Assembly (NCBI GenBank): GCA_049613795.1
Contig: JBMZCX010000004.1
Span: forward strand, 6,578-70,577
From: Thalassotalea sp.
GTDB taxonomy: Bacteria; Pseudomonadota; Gammaproteobacteria; Enterobacterales; Alteromonadaceae
Reading direction: 5' to 3'
DNA length: 64,000 bases
Positions 31,405 through 39,866 of this stretch are shown in pieces (within the stretch, counting starts at the first letter, position 1; each line of letters begins with the position of its first letter). Under the pieces are notes generated by a model. That model had not been told where the DNA came from. It saw only the letters and a list, made by a program, of their open reading frames with translations, and ran no database searches. The position numbers were made by a program, and so were the translations under genes.

Positions 31405-32129
31405 TATTCTAAAGAAAACTCCATATAACGATTAAGCTTATCATTACTTAAGCGCTGAGGTGATATTTTATCAACAATTTCTAGGGCTTGATAAACTTTA
31501 CTTAGCCCAACTTTATCGTCAAGCGGCATTTTTTCAAATGAATCGGCATGAATCGTTTGCTTTAAAATAGACAAGGAACTGGCTAAAGATTCTTTAAAAT
31601 CATCTTCTTTTTTTGCGGTTTCAACATTAGTTAATATTGTTTTTGCTGTTGATAATGCATTCATTAAAGCGATAAGGGTTTCACTTTCTTCTTCAGCTAT
31701 ATCATTGTCAAAGTGTTCTTCTTCACCAGCATCACTTTCATCAAGCCGCTGTAAAAAGTCATCAATATACAAGGCTAAATTTTGACTAGAAATTTCTTTT
31801 TCTCTTTCTAGTACATCTGGCGCCAACTCAGCGTCTGTTAGGTTAGCGTAATCTTGTTTAGAAATTAAACCCAATTGATAAACTCGCTCTGTTAACGCAT
31901 TTACATCAGTAAAATTAAGTGCTCCTGCACTAAAAAATTCAGCACTTAACGCACTAATTTTTTGTGAACGTGTACTTAAATACAAGTTTGGGCTAATAAC
32001 CTCTTCTTGCTCAACCGTCGTATTACTTTGTTGATGCTCAGTAATAATGCTATCAATTTCAGAAGCACTTGACGACGATGTTGAGCCCGTATTAAATAAA
32101 TGGTTATAAGTATTAACGCTGTTAATCAT
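31404..32129 (-). CDS. Hypothetical acidic, helical protein
   Basis: 241-aa ORF with Ser-rich N-terminus and D/E-rich centre; no motif recognised. Confidence 0.75.
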   Translation of the reverse strand: MINSVNTYNHLFNTGSTSSSSASEIDSIITEHQQSNTTVEQEEVISPNLYLSTRSQKISALSAEFFSAGALNFTDVNALTERVYQLGLISKQDYANLTDAELAPDVLEREKEISSQNLALYIDDFLQRLDESDAGEEEHFDNDIAEEESETLIALMNALSTAKTILTNVETAKKEDDFKESLASSLSILKQTIHADSFEKMPLDDKVGLSKVYQALEIVDKISPQRLSNDKLNRYMEFSLE

Positions 32130-32165
32130 TTGGGGTGCTACATAAACTTGACGTACATTTAGCCT

Positions 32166-32181
32166 AGCAAGTTCTATTCCT
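32166..32181 (-). promoter_or_regulatory. Candidate sigma54 (-24/-12) promoter
   Basis: Minus strand AGGAATAGAACTTGCT, i.e. GG-N10-GC with TTGCT, 37 bp upstream of ATG 32129. Confidence 0.55.
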
Positions 32182-32206
32182 TTATGAAGCTATCCCAGTT
32201 TAAGCA

Positions 32207-33448
32207 TTAATAAAAATAATTAGCTAAATAGATGGTTATCACATAGCCCGCAGTATAGGCTGCCAGTAATGCTGGAATATAACGAGAGTAACTCATAAAT
32301 GTAATTTCTTTCATTTTACTCATTGCGATTATTCCAGCTGCGGAGCCAATAACTAGCAACGAACCTCCAACACCAACGGCATAAGTAAGACAAAGCCATT
32401 GAGTTGCTGTTAACACCGGCTCAGCTTTAAGTAACGCCGCGGTTAATGGTACATTATCAAGTAATGCAGATCCTACTCCAGCAAAGTAGTTCGAGTAAGT
32501 CGGATCAAATTGACTATAAAGTTCGGTTACTAAATGTAATACGCCAACTTCTTTAAGCATTCCCACAAGCAGTAAAATACCTAAGAAAAACAATAATGTG
32601 TCGTATTCAATTTGACGAATATACTCTAACATCTGACTTTCTTGTTTATCACTACGATACATAGTGCCGACCAAAAACATCACAGATAACCCCGTTAAAA
32701 AAGTTAATACTGGTGGAATGGCAAAGGTCACATTAAGCAGCATAGTTAATAAAATAGTTGCAAAAAACACGATCGCAATCAGTATGTCAACCGTTTCATA
32801 GTCATGTGAAGCAGGCTGCGTAGTGACTGAGCCTTTCAGCCCAAAAGAAAGTATCGTCGCTAAAAATAACACACTGACAATTGCGGGTATTAACAATAAA
32901 AATAGCTGTGATATTTGTACATGACCGTCAAGGTAGATCATTAGTGTTGTTACATCGCCTGTAATTAACGCAACACCGCCAGAGTTAACGGCAAAAACAA
33001 TCAATATAGCCATTCGTAATTTAGTTTTATTTGGTACATTAAACGTTTGTAATAAGGTTAACGACACCAATGTAGCAGTAACGTTATCGCAAATAGCAGA
33101 AAGAATAAGGGAAAATATTGCAATTAAAAACATCATAACAATAACAGAAGCGCGCTGTGGAAATAGCCGCTGAACTACCATCTGAATAATACCTTTGGCA
33201 TTTAAATAAGCAACAAAGGTCATGGTAGACATTAAAAATAGCCATAGAATAGCAATTTCTAATAAATTTTCTTCTAGCTGATGATTAATAAACTCATGTT
33301 GGCTTGCGCCTCGCGATATAAATAAAGTCATCCATGCAATGCACCCCAAAAAAAGAGTCGTTTTAGCTTTATTAATATGAGTAATTTCTTCAAAGATAAT
33401 CGATAGTAAAGCGACGATAGCAATCGCAATTAAAAAGTAGTCAACCAT
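32207..33448 (-). CDS. nhaD: Na+/H+ antiporter, NhaD family
   Basis: FEEITHINKAK, SAICDNVTAT, TGDVTT, LDNVPLTA, GGSLLVIGSAAG. Confidence 0.88.
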   Translation of the reverse strand: MVDYFLIAIAIVALLSIIFEEITHINKAKTTLFLGCIAWMTLFISRGASQHEFINHQLEENLLEIAILWLFLMSTMTFVAYLNAKGIIQMVVQRLFPQRASVIVMMFLIAIFSLILSAICDNVTATLVSLTLLQTFNVPNKTKLRMAILIVFAVNSGGVALITGDVTTLMIYLDGHVQISQLFLLLIPAIVSVLFLATILSFGLKGSVTTQPASHDYETVDILIAIVFFATILLTMLLNVTFAIPPVLTFLTGLSVMFLVGTMYRSDKQESQMLEYIRQIEYDTLLFFLGILLLVGMLKEVGVLHLVTELYSQFDPTYSNYFAGVGSALLDNVPLTAALLKAEPVLTATQWLCLTYAVGVGGSLLVIGSAAGIIAMSKMKEITFMSYSRYIPALLAAYTAGYVITIYLANYFY

Positions 33449-33681
33449 AATATATGAGTTTCTGACACTGTATTTTGATGGCGCAGATTATAGAGGATGT
33501 GGTAAAAAAAGTAGATCTGATTATTGACTGATACCCGCCAAGCTTTACATTATATTGTTATAGGCAAGAACGTTCCGTACTAAAGCCAATACTTTGTGGT
33601 ATCCGTCATCTGGTATTTTTAAGGTAGCGGCTCAAAAAGCTATTCTCTTTAAAAGAAAATAACTTCGCCAGCCCTCAACAC

Positions 33682-34209
33682 TTAGCTCTTTACTTTAACT
33701 TTATTATTAGTATCCCGACTGTCTTTAATTAACTGATCTCCGCACGGGTAGTCTGTCGACTTAGCTAAACGGTCGTATAGTACCACGTTAACTGTTGCCG
33801 CTAAGTTCATACAACCGACGGTTGGAATATAAACGACATGATGCGCTTTATCGATAACACTTTGTTCAATTGTGCCATCTTCGGCTCCAAACACATATAC
33901 CGCTTTTTCAGGGTGGACAAATGAAGGTAGAGGTTGTGCTCCTTCGACTAATTCTACACAAACTAATTTTGCCCCTTCCAATGAAATATCACATGCACTT
34001 TCTACCCACGTTAAGGGAATATGTGCAATCGCATTATTAGTATCAGTATTATACTTTGCCGCTCGTTTATATCGTTGACCCGTGTAATAAATTTCACTTG
34101 CTTGATAACAACCAGCAGCCCGCATAGTAGCACCTACGTTTGTTGGGCTTTTGGGGTTAGTTAGCGCTATCTTAACATTGCTACTGTCATTCTTAATGAG
34201 ACTATTCAT
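33682..34209 (-). CDS. SpoU/TrmH family RNA methyltransferase
   Basis: NPKSPTNVG, VFGAEDG, CMNLAATVNVVLYDR. Confidence 0.9.
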   Translation of the reverse strand: MNSLIKNDSSNVKIALTNPKSPTNVGATMRAAGCYQASEIYYTGQRYKRAAKYNTDTNNAIAHIPLTWVESACDISLEGAKLVCVELVEGAQPLPSFVHPEKAVYVFGAEDGTIEQSVIDKAHHVVYIPTVGCMNLAATVNVVLYDRLAKSTDYPCGDQLIKDSRDTNNKVKVKS

Positions 34210-34373
34210 ATACTCTTTATTTAATACTTTACTATGCCTGTATTTTCTTTATTTATTCCGTTTTTTACAAGCTTAATATGAAACTAGTTTTCGCAGCCGG
34301 TTATCTGCTTGGTTTTTATTATAGACACCGTATACTAGCGCTTTTAATAACCAACACCTACAGAAAGAACTCT

Positions 34374-35174
34374 ATGCTTTATTTCGTTAATACATTATTT
34401 AATAAAAAAATAACTATTGTTATTATTACCTTCTTAACCCTAGTCGGTACAGCACAAGCCACTATTGTTGAATTTCAAACCTCACATGGAAATTTCAAAG
34501 TCAACTTACATGATAAAACCACGCCATTAACGGTTGCTAATTTTTTAAAATATACCAATAGTGAGCGTTACAATAACAGCATAATTCATCGCTCGATGAA
34601 TAACTTTATTGTTCAAGGAGGAGGATTTAATTTCGCTGAACAGCTGCCACTCAATGGACTTGAGTTAGATGTTCCAGTTAAAAATGAGCCTATTTATTCT
34701 AACGTTCGCGGCACTATTGCCATGGCGAAACAAGGTAACAAGCCCAACAGTGCAACCAGTCAATGGTTTATCAACTTAAAAGACAATAATAAAGGGGCAA
34801 ATGGCTTAGACTTACAAAACAGCGGCTTTACTGTATTTGGCGAAGTTATTGAAGATGGCATGCAAACTCTAGAGGCTATCGCTACACTACCTCTATGCCA
34901 TGGTGTTGGTGCTGGCAACTTAACAATAGATAATGTCCCTGTGAATAATAATTCAACTAATAACTGCACAACACCAGGTGCCGAAAACTTTGTTACCGTA
35001 TACAGTGTTACTGTTATCGATGATTCAACCAGCACCGATAGCAGCTTAAATTCAGTAAAAAACACTCTTATCACTAAAACTCCTGACACCGACAAGAAAA
35101 GTGACGGTGGCGGAAGCCTTATTTGGTTATTACTTTTAACGCCATGCCTTTTTCGTTATAAAAATAGCCAATAG
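34374..35174 (+). CDS. Secreted cyclophilin-type PPIase with C-terminal GlyGly-CTERM sorting signal
   Basis: Signal peptide ending AQA; IHRS..NFIVQGGG, RGTIAMA, SATSQWFIN; tail SDGGGSLIWLLLLTPCLFRYK. Confidence 0.85.
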   Translation: MLYFVNTLFNKKITIVIITFLTLVGTAQATIVEFQTSHGNFKVNLHDKTTPLTVANFLKYTNSERYNNSIIHRSMNNFIVQGGGFNFAEQLPLNGLELDVPVKNEPIYSNVRGTIAMAKQGNKPNSATSQWFINLKDNNKGANGLDLQNSGFTVFGEVIEDGMQTLEAIATLPLCHGVGAGNLTIDNVPVNNNSTNNCTTPGAENFVTVYSVTVIDDSTSTDSSLNSVKNTLITKTPDTDKKSDGGGSLIWLLLLTPCLFRYKNSQ

Positions 35175-35193
35175 CTTTCAATTACTCCCTTGT

Positions 35194-35223
35194 CAGATTA
35201 TGTTGCATTTGCAACATAATCTG
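35194..35223. promoter_or_regulatory. Perfect 14-bp inverted repeat (operator or hairpin) upstream of the IYD-like gene
   Basis: CAGATTATGTTGCA-tt-TGCAACATAATCTG. Confidence 0.5.
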
Positions 35224-35262
35224 GTTACGCTATTCTTGCTAAAAAATAAAGGATGCCTATAA

Positions 35263-35937
35263 ATGAAACCCCATGACGCTTCACCATTAACTGACTATAT
35301 TGAGTACCCACCACAAGAAATGCTTTCTCGCTCGGAAAGCTTCTATAATGAAATAAAACGTAGGCATTCTATTCGAAGCTTTAGTGATCGCCCTGTCGAG
35401 AAAGAAGTTATCGAAAATTGCATTAAAGCAGCAGGCACTGCACCAAATGGAGCTAATCATCAGCCATGGCACTTTGTTGCAATTAGTAGTGCTAATGTAA
35501 AAAAACAAATTAGAAAACAAGCTGAAACACATGAGCGTAACTTTTATCAAGGGCGCGCAGGAGAAGAATGGCTTGACGCACTAAAACCACTTGGTACAGA
35601 TGACAGTAAACCTTATTTAGAGCATGCTCCTTGGTTAATTGCGATATTTAGTGAAAAGAAAGGCGGTATTAATGCGGAAGATAAGAACACCAATTATTAT
35701 GTTCATGAATCGGTAGGCATTGCGACGGGATTTTTAATAAATGCCTTGCATTCTTCTGGCCTTGTGACATTAACTCATACACCAAAACCCATGTCATTTT
35801 TAAGTAAAATATGTAATCGTGGTGAAAATGATCGCGCCTATATGCTACTAATTGCAGGCTATCCTGCCGAAGATGCGACGGTACCCGCACATGCGAAAGT
35901 AAAAAAGTCGATTAATGAAATTTGTACTTTTTTGTAA
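35263..35937 (+). CDS. Nitroreductase superfamily, iodotyrosine deiodinase (IYD) family
   Basis: RRHSIRSFS, AGTAPNGANHQPWHF, ETHERNFY lid, LGTDDSKPYLE, YYVHESVGIA, LTHTP. Confidence 0.82.
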   Translation: MKPHDASPLTDYIEYPPQEMLSRSESFYNEIKRRHSIRSFSDRPVEKEVIENCIKAAGTAPNGANHQPWHFVAISSANVKKQIRKQAETHERNFYQGRAGEEWLDALKPLGTDDSKPYLEHAPWLIAIFSEKKGGINAEDKNTNYYVHESVGIATGFLINALHSSGLVTLTHTPKPMSFLSKICNRGENDRAYMLLIAGYPAEDATVPAHAKVKKSINEICTFL

Positions 35938-35961
35938 GTAACATGATATAAAATATTAAGG

Positions 35962-36177
35962 CTAGCCATTAATATCAAGTAAAATATCTGTGCAGCCTTT
36001 TTTACATTGTAAGTGTAGTTGTGTGTCTTGATTAATTAGCGCTAATACTAATTTTTTTTGACAACTTCTACAATTTACAACTTTTCCATTTAAGGCTTGC
36101 TTAATAAAGTGCTTTTCTTGATGAAAAGATTTTGATTTTTGATTTGAAATATCACTTAAACAACTTATATCAAGCAT
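35962..36177 (-). CDS. Small Cys-rich hypothetical protein
   Basis: 71 aa with CRSC and CKKGC; GAGA RBS; follows the RraB-like gene by 26 bp. Confidence 0.65.
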   Translation of the reverse strand: MLDISCLSDISNQKSKSFHQEKHFIKQALNGKVVNCRSCQKKLVLALINQDTQLHLQCKKGCTDILLDING

Positions 36178-36203
36178 TCATTTCTCTTTTATCTGTTCAG
36201 TTT

Positions 36204-36560
36204 TTAATAGGGTAATTTACTCGCAGTTACGCAATACCAGCCATCAAACTTTCCTTTTAAGGGAGCAGAGCTGCTTTCTAATAAATGCTGATAAGCCACA
36301 ACATTTTCATAACTGGCTTCCATTTCAGGGTAAGCCGTTATTTCCCAAGGATAATCGGTATCTCCCGGAAACGAACAAAATGAAAGTTTTTGATTATTTT
36401 CTAATAATAAATGGCCAAACTGTAATGCCAATTCCTGGCTAGGAAACAATACAGAAAACTCTACCTCTCGAACGTCAGACAAGTCATCGCCTTCAAGTAG
36501 CATTTGCCATAATGTATTTCCGTTTTCATCCTCTGGAAAAAGCGCTAAATTTCGTTCCAT
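36204..36560 (-). CDS. RraB-like (regulator of RNase E activity B domain) protein
   Basis: GDDLSDVREVEFSVLF and GKFDGW motifs; GAGGT RBS before ATG 36560. Confidence 0.75.
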   Translation of the reverse strand: MERNLALFPEDENGNTLWQMLLEGDDLSDVREVEFSVLFPSQELALQFGHLLLENNQKLSFCSFPGDTDYPWEITAYPEMEASYENVVAYQHLLESSSAPLKGKFDGWYCVTASKLPY

Positions 36561-36711
36561 TTTTACCTCTATCGGATAAATAACTGTGCTCATAATAGCT
36601 GACTTAATTAAACACACAAGTAGATATTGTCAGTTATTATATAATATAACATTCAATAATAGACCAATTCCTTGGTACACTTACAACTTTAATCCATTCA
36701 TTCGTTAATTT

Positions 36712-37569
36712 ATGCATAAATTTGAAAAACATATCGAGATCACTGCCCCACAAGCGTCTGTTATTCAAGCGATTGAGGCTGAGTGTGCGTTAAGTCATCA
36801 ACAAATTAAAAATGCAATAAATAAAGGAGCTCTTTGGTTAACTCGTGGTAAAGGTACTCAAAGATTACGACGTGTTAAGAAGCCACTCACTAATGGCGAT
36901 ACCTTACATTTTTATTATAACGAAGCGGTGTTATCACAAACGCCTTTGCAAGCAGAACTAATTAAAGACTGTCACGATTATAGTGTTTGGTATAAACCGT
37001 ATGGCATGTTGTCTCAAGGATCAAAATGGAGTGATCATTGCACTATTGCTCGTTGGGCTGAAATACATTTATTACCTCAACGTCCTGCTTTTATTGTTCA
37101 TCGGTTAGACCGAGCCGCCACAGGACTCATTGTTATTGCCCACAGTAAATCAGCGGTAAAAGCACTGACTAAACTTTTTGAAACACGCTCATTAAAAAAA
37201 ACTTATCAAATTATTGGTTTAGGTGAACTTGAACCATCGCAAACAACGACAATAACAGAACCTGTTGACGGTAAACCTGCAACAAGTCATTTTAAAAGTT
37301 TGGCATACGATAAAAAGAAAGATCTTTCATTAATAGAAGTGCATATCGAGTCAGGGCGTAAGCATCAGATAAGAAAGCATTCAGCTTTTATTAACCATCC
37401 AGTATTTGGCGATAGGCTTTACAATACAAAACAAAATAATGATGAGTTCAGCGACAACTTACAATTGTGTGCCGCAAAACTCAGTTTTCAGTGTCCAATA
37501 ACAAATACACTTAGCAACTTTGAAACACCCGCTCATTTATTGCCGTCAATAAAAAAACTGAAGTTTTAG
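36712..37569 (+). CDS. RluA family pseudouridine synthase
   Basis: KPYGMLSQG, HRLDRAATG, SGRKHQIR, GDRLY. Confidence 0.92.
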   Translation: MHKFEKHIEITAPQASVIQAIEAECALSHQQIKNAINKGALWLTRGKGTQRLRRVKKPLTNGDTLHFYYNEAVLSQTPLQAELIKDCHDYSVWYKPYGMLSQGSKWSDHCTIARWAEIHLLPQRPAFIVHRLDRAATGLIVIAHSKSAVKALTKLFETRSLKKTYQIIGLGELEPSQTTTITEPVDGKPATSHFKSLAYDKKKDLSLIEVHIESGRKHQIRKHSAFINHPVFGDRLYNTKQNNDEFSDNLQLCAAKLSFQCPITNTLSNFETPAHLLPSIKKLKF

Positions 37570-37611
37570 CGCTTAATCCCTTCATTGCCTTTTGGTTTTC
37601 GCTAACTAAAA

Positions 37612-38517
37612 TTAAGCGCTATAAATAAAGGCATCATCACTTAATAATGATGCTTTGGTTCCTACAAAGTCATCACCAATCGCATTAATTAACGCTAAGC
37701 CTTGTTCGCGCTGCTCTTTAGTTAAGGCTTGGTAAGGTAATCTGAATACTGGTTTTACCGCATTGGTCATCATTAATGCGGTATCAACTGCAATAGGGTT
37801 AGGCTCACAAAAAAGCCACTGCATTAACGGGTTAACACGCTGAGCTAATTCGTTATTTTCAGTATCCATTAATTGTCGCATTAATCCCGGTATAACGTTT
37901 GAGGTAACAGATATAACACCATGAGAACCGAATTTATGTCGTCCTTCGTGGCTTTCATCGTCATTACCCGACCAACATGCAATACCCTGTTTTTCATAAT
38001 GTTCAATACGTTCATTACCTGAACATTCTTTAACGCCAATAAAATTTGGATGTTTTGCTAATGGTTCAATAATGTCAGGTGTTAAATCTTGCCCTGTACG
38101 ACCAGGGACATTGTAAATAAATGCCGGACCAATAGCCAAAACGCGGTTAAAGTGCTCTTTAACGCCAGCCATAGAAGTACGACCATAATAAGGATTAATT
38201 TGTAATGCGGCGTCCATTCCCATTGCAAAACCGTTTTCAGTTGCTTTTATTGCTTCTCGAGTATTATTACTACCCGTATTACCTATAATTAATAAACGTG
38301 TGCCGTACTGGTGTACACTGTGGGCAATAAGCATTAAATGCTCTTCCCAGCTTAATAAGTGTCCTTCTCCTGTCGTCCCACCAACAATAATACCATCAAC
38401 GCCCGCTTCAATTTGCTGTGCAACAAGTTCGTCATAAGTTGCTAAATCAATATTTCCTTCAACAGTGTAAGGGGTTTTTATTGCGGTAATTAAACTTGCT
38501 GCTCTTAAACGATTCAT
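37612..38517 (-). CDS. dapA: 4-hydroxy-tetrahydrodipicolinate synthase (plant-type sequence)
   Basis: GTTGEG, GNTGSN, NPYY, YNVPGRTG, Schiff-base GVKE, GVISVTSN, EPNPI. Confidence 0.92.
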   Translation of the reverse strand: MNRLRAASLITAIKTPYTVEGNIDLATYDELVAQQIEAGVDGIIVGGTTGEGHLLSWEEHLMLIAHSVHQYGTRLLIIGNTGSNNTREAIKATENGFAMGMDAALQINPYYGRTSMAGVKEHFNRVLAIGPAFIYNVPGRTGQDLTPDIIEPLAKHPNFIGVKECSGNERIEHYEKQGIACWSGNDDESHEGRHKFGSHGVISVTSNVIPGLMRQLMDTENNELAQRVNPLMQWLFCEPNPIAVDTALMMTNAVKPVFRLPYQALTKEQREQGLALINAIGDDFVGTKASLLSDDAFIYSA

Positions 38518-38548
38518 CCGTATTCTCAATTATTATTACTAAATTATG

Positions 38549-38935
38549 CTAACAGTGCCCAATATTATCAATAACACGCTTAAGGATAAACACTTCTTGT
38601 GTGATCACATGCTGATATTTAAAAATATGGCTATTCAATGCTAATACTTGGTAAGCATGATAATTGCCTTCATCGGCAAGATCTGCTGCATAATGCTGTT
38701 CATTCACGTATTCACTTTTTGTAATGGTAAAATGAATATCGCCTACCATGCCCCAGTCTCCTAATTCGATCACTTCTTCTACAAGCACATTATTTGTATC
38801 ATAATGAGAAAAAATGAATTGAAAGCTACCATCAGCTTGTATATCAGCTAATTCTGTTAATTGCTCGCCATTATTGTTCGAGGAAGAACAAAACCATTGC
38901 CCAACTAAAGCACCGCGTTCAAAGTTCATATTCAA
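38549..38935 (-). CDS. Hypothetical beta-rich (lipocalin-like) protein
   Basis: LVGQW, ADGSF and ELGDW pattern; 128 aa, directly upstream of dapA. Confidence 0.65.
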   Translation of the reverse strand: MNMNFERGALVGQWFCSSSNNNGEQLTELADIQADGSFQFIFSHYDTNNVLVEEVIELGDWGMVGDIHFTITKSEYVNEQHYAADLADEGNYHAYQVLALNSHIFKYQHVITQEVFILKRVIDNIGHC

Positions 38936-38993
38936 GAAAGGTTACTACAAAGTGATACGGCCAATTGTACAAAACAACTTAGCGTAAATATAG

Positions 38994-39018
38994 AAAAAGC
39001 GGCAATATGCCGCTTTTT
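38994..39018 (-). terminator. Rho-independent terminator
   Basis: AAAAAGCGGCA-ata-TGCCGCTTTTT downstream of the DUF4097 gene. Confidence 0.8.
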
Positions 39019-39038
39019 ACAAGATATATTCAAAAAAA

Positions 39039-39800
39039 TTAATTATTTAATATTTTTACCGAACCATTTACCGTTTCAATATCGATATCAACGTGGCCAT
39101 TACCAATAGTGCCGTTCAAGTTTTTACCTGTGAACATATTTTTATCTACAGACAGACCAAAGTCATTTTTAATACTACCGTGCATAGTATCTACCGACAC
39201 ATCAGCACCAATACCTTCGGGTAAATAAAGTTTAATCGAACCATTTACCGCTTCTAGCTTAATCTCTTCTAGTTGTTCAATATCATCAGAATAATGTAAT
39301 TTAACACTACCATTTACCGATGAGATATTTGCATTTCCTGCAATGTCTTTAGCTTTAAATGTGCCATTAACCAGTTCAGCTTCTATTCCTCCTTTTACAG
39401 CACCTATCACTAATGATCCATTCACTAATGAAATAGTAGAAAGATCTGTAGCACTTGGCACCATCACTTTATAAACAACTTCGGCACTACTTCCTTTATT
39501 GTGTGTGTTTTTTTTATATTTACTTTCTACTTCAATACCCCGACCCGTTTGTTCAATAACAACACTGACTAAGTCACGATCCTTTTGAGAGTCTGCCGTA
39601 ATTGTAGCGTTGACTTGGATAACACTTTTATCCCACGCCGTAATACTCACATCACCATTGATATTTTGTAAGTGCAAACGAGGTGAGTTTGATACATCAA
39701 AAGATTGGCTAATATTATCAACCACATCAGCCTGTGCAATCATCGACAAAGAGGATAATATAACGCCCGTACAAATCAGTTTATTTACTTGTTTTAACAT
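39039..39800 (-). CDS. DUF4097 family beta-strand repeat secreted protein
   Basis: Signal peptide ending AQA; repeated (N/S/T)xNG(S/D)V units. Confidence 0.85.
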   Translation of the reverse strand: MLKQVNKLICTGVILSSLSMIAQADVVDNISQSFDVSNSPRLHLQNINGDVSITAWDKSVIQVNATITADSQKDRDLVSVVIEQTGRGIEVESKYKKNTHNKGSSAEVVYKVMVPSATDLSTISLVNGSLVIGAVKGGIEAELVNGTFKAKDIAGNANISSVNGSVKLHYSDDIEQLEEIKLEAVNGSIKLYLPEGIGADVSVDTMHGSIKNDFGLSVDKNMFTGKNLNGTIGNGHVDIDIETVNGSVKILNN

Positions 39801-39866
39801 CTGTATACCTATAATAAATAATTGTTTTACTGATTAGATGTACCCTTATATAAAAAGGTTTAAATA

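Noticed and set aside
33449-33681. AGGTAGCGG resembling the 3' part of a c-di-GMP-I riboswitch; short ORF fragments
   Set aside because: The GGCAAAC and GACGCAAAG core is missing, orientation is opposite to nhaD, and no convincing ORF is present.
34278-34373. Longer N-terminus for the cyclophilin in the ORF track
   Set aside because: It would bury the signal peptide; ATG 34374 is more plausible.
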